Below are positions 60,597-64,000 of a stretch of 64,000 bases of DNA, piece after piece; position 1 is the first letter of the stretch; the number at the start of each line of letters is the position of its first letter. The stretch is taken from assembly GCA_963692865.2 (NCBI GenBank), contig OY843592.1, positions 608,001-672,000 on the forward strand, written 5' to 3'. This DNA is from a bacterium (GTDB taxonomy: Bacteria > UBA8248). The notes under the pieces are model-generated. The model had not been told where the DNA came from and made no database searches. It saw only the letters and a program-made list of their open reading frames with translations. The position numbers and the translations under genes are program-made.

Positions 60597-60870
60597 AAAT
60601 CTCTCGCATTCAAGATTTCTTTTGCCAGCTTGTTTTCAAGTCGAAGGGTTCGGCATCAAACATTTTCACTATATATAATACAATTTTTCCATCCCGAGCG
60701 GGGAGAGTTCCGCCGATTTCGCAATAAGCAACGGTGTGCGAAACATCAGGTGACGGAAGAACCAGAATCTATGGGATTGTGAACGTTTCCTGACCCCACC
60801 TCGCCCCATCGCCGCAGGCTCTCTTGATCGGGGTTCTAAGTTGAGCATTCAAAGCAATCCATTCTAAACG

Positions 60871-62268
60871 TCATGAAAACCTGGATTCAGCATGCGAACC
60901 TATCCCTCTTTTACGACTCCAAATAAAAAACCAAACAAACAGACACACTCCTCCCACAAAATGACTTGCCGTCATTGCGCCCCATACGCCGGCTGCTCCG
61001 AATCCCAACGGCAAAGCGGCAAAATATGCGAGTGGTATCTGAAAACCCCATCGGACAAAAGCTTCCACGACCATCGGCGGCTTCGTATTCGCCGCTCCCT
61101 GGAAAGCACCCGCCAACATGCGCCGGATGGCCTCGAACAAGGTTCCGATGGTGAGTATTCGAACGCAAGCGACTCCAACGTCGACTCCCTTTCCCTTCAT
61201 TCCGAAGATCAAGACGATTTCCGTTGCATAAAAGTACAAAATGAACGTCACGACACACATCATGACGAATAAACCGGCCATGGACATATAGACGCTTTTC
61301 AGCGCCCGATCCGGCCGACTGGCGCCTACGTTTTGACCCACCATCGTGCGAACGGCGGATTGGATCCCAAAACCGGGCAATCGCGAAAACGTCCCGAGCC
61401 GATTTCCAATCGACCATGCGGCCAAAACCACCGGCCCGAACAACGCCAAAATCTTGAGCAGGATAAGGAGAGCGCCGCGTTCAAGCATGTTCTGCGCCGC
61501 CGCCGGCCAGCCCAACAAAACGATGCGGCGCATGCTTTCCGCATGGGGTTTGAGATGAATCAACCCGACGCGAAGGCGAGAACGCCCCGATGTCAAAAAC
61601 CACAGGACAACCATAATCCCTATGATACGCCCCAACCCAATTGCTATGGCTGAACCTGTAAGTCCAAATCCCGCGAACGGACCAATACCAAAAACAAGGA
61701 TAGGAATGAACGTGATGGATAAAAGCGTCGAAATTCCAAGGCCAATCAGGGATTTTCCAGGCTCACCGGCCGATTTCAGCATATGTGAAACCGTAAAAAT
61801 ACCGTCGACGAACGCGATGGTGAGAAACGATGCCTGCAAATACGAAACACCGACCCGCATTACATCAGCGTCGGAAGTCAAAAGACCGAGCAATCGCGAT
61901 GAAAACGCAAACCCGATAACACTGATGGTGACGTAATATATGCCTGCCAGCAAAAACGCCTGACCCGCCGCATGGCTAGCGTGTTCGGGTTCTTTTGCTC
62001 CGATTCTCTGGGCCACCAAAGCGCTGCCCGCGATCCTGATGCCGAAGCCGACCGCGCGAAAAAAGAAAATGATCATGAAGCTCAAAGAAACCGCTGCCAG
62101 ATATTCGGGACCTAAACGCCCCACCCAAAAGATCTCGACAAGTATATCGGCGTTCCAGGCTATCGGTTCCAGGCATGAGGGAACAGCCAGGCGAAAAAGC
62201 CCGAAACCGATTGGGCCTGATGTATAGTCATATCTTTTTGTGTCCGTTCCCAAGCGTGACATGCGCAA
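60871..62268 (-). CDS. MATE family efflux transporter
   Basis: LAVP...VGRLG...LAAV, VAQRIGA and VGQNVGA; about 12 TM helices. Confidence 0.9.
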   Translation of the reverse strand: MRMSRLGTDTKRYDYTSGPIGFGLFRLAVPSCLEPIAWNADILVEIFWVGRLGPEYLAAVSLSFMIIFFFRAVGFGIRIAGSALVAQRIGAKEPEHASHAAGQAFLLAGIYYVTISVIGFAFSSRLLGLLTSDADVMRVGVSYLQASFLTIAFVDGIFTVSHMLKSAGEPGKSLIGLGISTLLSITFIPILVFGIGPFAGFGLTGSAIAIGLGRIIGIMVVLWFLTSGRSRLRVGLIHLKPHAESMRRIVLLGWPAAAQNMLERGALLILLKILALFGPVVLAAWSIGNRLGTFSRLPGFGIQSAVRTMVGQNVGASRPDRALKSVYMSMAGLFVMMCVVTFILYFYATEIVLIFGMKGKGVDVGVACVRILTIGTLFEAIRRMLAGAFQGAANTKPPMVVEAFVRWGFQIPLAYFAALPLGFGAAGVWGAMTASHFVGGVCLFVWFFIWSRKRGIGSHAESRFS

Positions 62269-62415
62269 ATCTTATCCTAATCAATTCCAAAAGGGTTCTG
62301 GTTCGGCCTATTCAGCGAATTTTCTCTCGGGGCTGGTAAGTTTTCTCTCCACAAGATAGGTTTATCTCCAAAACGCGTATCCGATCTCGATGTAACCGGA
62401 GAGGCTGGTGCATCC

Positions 62416-63195
62416 ATGATGCAATTCATAGAAAGAACCCTGAAAGACGCGGGCGAATTGGCCTTGTCGTTCATGAGCAACGCCAGAGGCGAGCAAAAAC
62501 AAGATCGGAGCCTGGTGAGCGAGGCGGACTTCGAGGTGGAAAGGTTCATCATTTCCCGCCTGAAGACATCATTCCCGAACGACAATGTTATCGGTGAAGA
62601 ACTCGGCGGCGGAGAATCGACATCCCGTAAACGCTCACGACTCTGGGCGGTTGATCCCATCGACGGCACGAATCCTTTTCTGAACGGCCTGCCCACCTGG
62701 GGCGTATCCATCGGCGTTATGGAAGACGGAGAACCCATCGCCGGGGGATTCCACATGCCCGTCGTCGATGAGATATTTCTCGCTCTAAAAGGGAAAGGCG
62801 CCACCAGAAACGGCAAGGCTCTTCCAAACTTACAGGACATGGAAATCAACAACCAAACCGTTATGCTGGGACCATCGTCTCGAAAGCGTTTTTACAAGCT
62901 GGATTATCCGGGGAAATCCGTCGCCTATGGAAGCGCTTCCGCACATGTGGCGTATGCGGCTACGGGAGGCGCCATTGCCGCTTTGGTAGACAGGCCCCAA
63001 ATCTGGGATATCCTGGGTCCTCTGGCCGTTTTGAGAGAAGTAGGCGGAAACGGATATCACCCCGATGGACGCGTCCTTAATCTCCAAAAGCTCGCGAATG
63101 GCGAAAAAGCCGAAGGTCCCGTATTTTTCGGCTTAAGAAAAAATGCGGAAAAAGTATTCCCTCACATCGAAGTGTACCCCAGGCCGACTTCCTAG
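62416..63195 (+). CDS. Inositol monophosphatase family protein
   Basis: VSEAD..VE, GEE, WAVDPIDGT.PF and WD motifs. Confidence 0.9.
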   Translation: MMQFIERTLKDAGELALSFMSNARGEQKQDRSLVSEADFEVERFIISRLKTSFPNDNVIGEELGGGESTSRKRSRLWAVDPIDGTNPFLNGLPTWGVSIGVMEDGEPIAGGFHMPVVDEIFLALKGKGATRNGKALPNLQDMEINNQTVMLGPSSRKRFYKLDYPGKSVAYGSASAHVAYAATGGAIAALVDRPQIWDILGPLAVLREVGGNGYHPDGRVLNLQKLANGEKAEGPVFFGLRKNAEKVFPHIEVYPRPTS

Positions 63196-63198
63196 CCT

Positions 63199-63868
63199 TC
63201 ACCGCTGAAACCCGGTTCCGAAAACGCTTTGCATCAAATCCCCTTCATCGAAACGAGCGAGTCGATAGTCGTTGATATCAGGCTCCTCGCAACTTCCCGT
63301 CATGATGAATTCCGCCATCATCTCCCCCACGGCGGGCGCCAGTTTGAAACCATGGCCGCTCATGTCCGTACAAATGTAGTAGCCTGACACCTCAGGATGA
63401 CGATCTCAATCCTCTCGCCATTTCCGCCCACGGCATCAAAAATCGTGTCTTGCTCTCTGATGGCCTCCGCCGGAAATCGGTGCCCGCTAAGTGCAGCCAC
63501 CTTGTTCACCCAAGCTCCAGAAGCGTTCACAACTATGGGACTCTTGATGACGTCTCGTGAAGTCTTTACCCGGTGCAGTCCCCGGCCGTTAATGCTCAAC
63601 CCGATGACGGGACAATTTTGTCGAATCAACGCGCCGTATTTCTTGGCGCCTTCCGCAAATCCAGCCGTTACTCCATGAGGATCCGCATACCCGCTCCTCG
63701 GTTCGTAAGCCGCGCCCACGACATCATCCAGCCTAGCCCATGGGGCGTACGAAAAATCTCCTCCCTTTCTATCCAGCGAGTCTCCACCCCGAGGAATTGC
63801 GCAAGTTCCACGTTTTTTCTTACACCATCACGAAAGGAGGCATCCGCCGTTTCGTGCGCCATGACCAC
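63199..63868 (-). pseudogene. Fragmented FAD-dependent oxidoreductase (sarcosine oxidase/DAO-like)
   Basis: Pieces YEPRSGYADP...VVNASGAW and SGHGFKLAPAVG lie in different frames; the N-terminal GxGxxG and a central region are missing. Confidence 0.75.
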
Positions 63869-63871
63869 TTC

Positions 63872-64000
63872 TCAGACATCCACCCAAACGGGACTCGACC
63901 AAGCCATTTCTCCATCGTCCTGGATCAGGCGAACGTAATAATAATCCGACTCGCGTTCTTTTCCTTTCGAATCGATCCACTCAAGAGATACAGACTCCTG
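63872..64000 (-). CDS. 3' end of a gene running off the window (DUF3604/PHP-hydrolase-like C-terminus)
   Basis: Minus strand reads ...DYYYVRLIQDDGEMAWSSPVWVDV-stop. Confidence 0.65.
   Translation of the reverse strand, partial: QESVSLEWIDSKGKERESDYYYVRLIQDDGEMAWSSPVWVDV

Overview
Bacterial chromosomal window made of two compositionally different parts. From 1 to ~39 kb it is GC-rich (mid/high-60s % in spot counts). Its intergenic regions carry mosaics of short palindromic repeats: about ten GTAG-REP hairpin types, dRS3-like repeats, poly-C/poly-G hairpins and MITEs with GGGYTGTTGAAAAA ends. From ~39.5 to 64 kb it is ~50% GC, has no such repeats and carries mostly housekeeping or metabolic genes (tsaC, PTPS, thrC-like, orphan dnaN, tupABC, nadA/nadC, MscS, MATE). 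The main find is a co-directional ~14 kb cluster (22.4-36.7 kb) that looks like a sterol uptake and remodelling system. It encodes a LolA-like periplasmic carrier, an outer-membrane barrel, an MMPL/RND transporter, a remnant of a sterol methyltransferase, a secreted TPR protein, a GPP34(GOLPH3-like)-cytochrome P450 fusion with a non-canonical I-helix, an Opa/OmpA-like barrel with low-GC loops, a KshA/Neverland-type Rieske oxygenase and an intact C24-sterol-methyltransferase homologue. No cyclase gene is present in the window. The MMPL and P450 genes share a ~95-bp promoter plus a structured leader. Also seen are a low-GC Panacea/PemK-like toxin-antitoxin islet, a 604-bp tandem duplication of a repeat mosaic and a phased 21-bp repeat near the GC transition. 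No rRNA, tRNA or CRISPR array was found. Family assignments come from motif recognition by eye, not database searches. A host-associated (e.g. sponge-symbiont-like) source is inferred, not shown.
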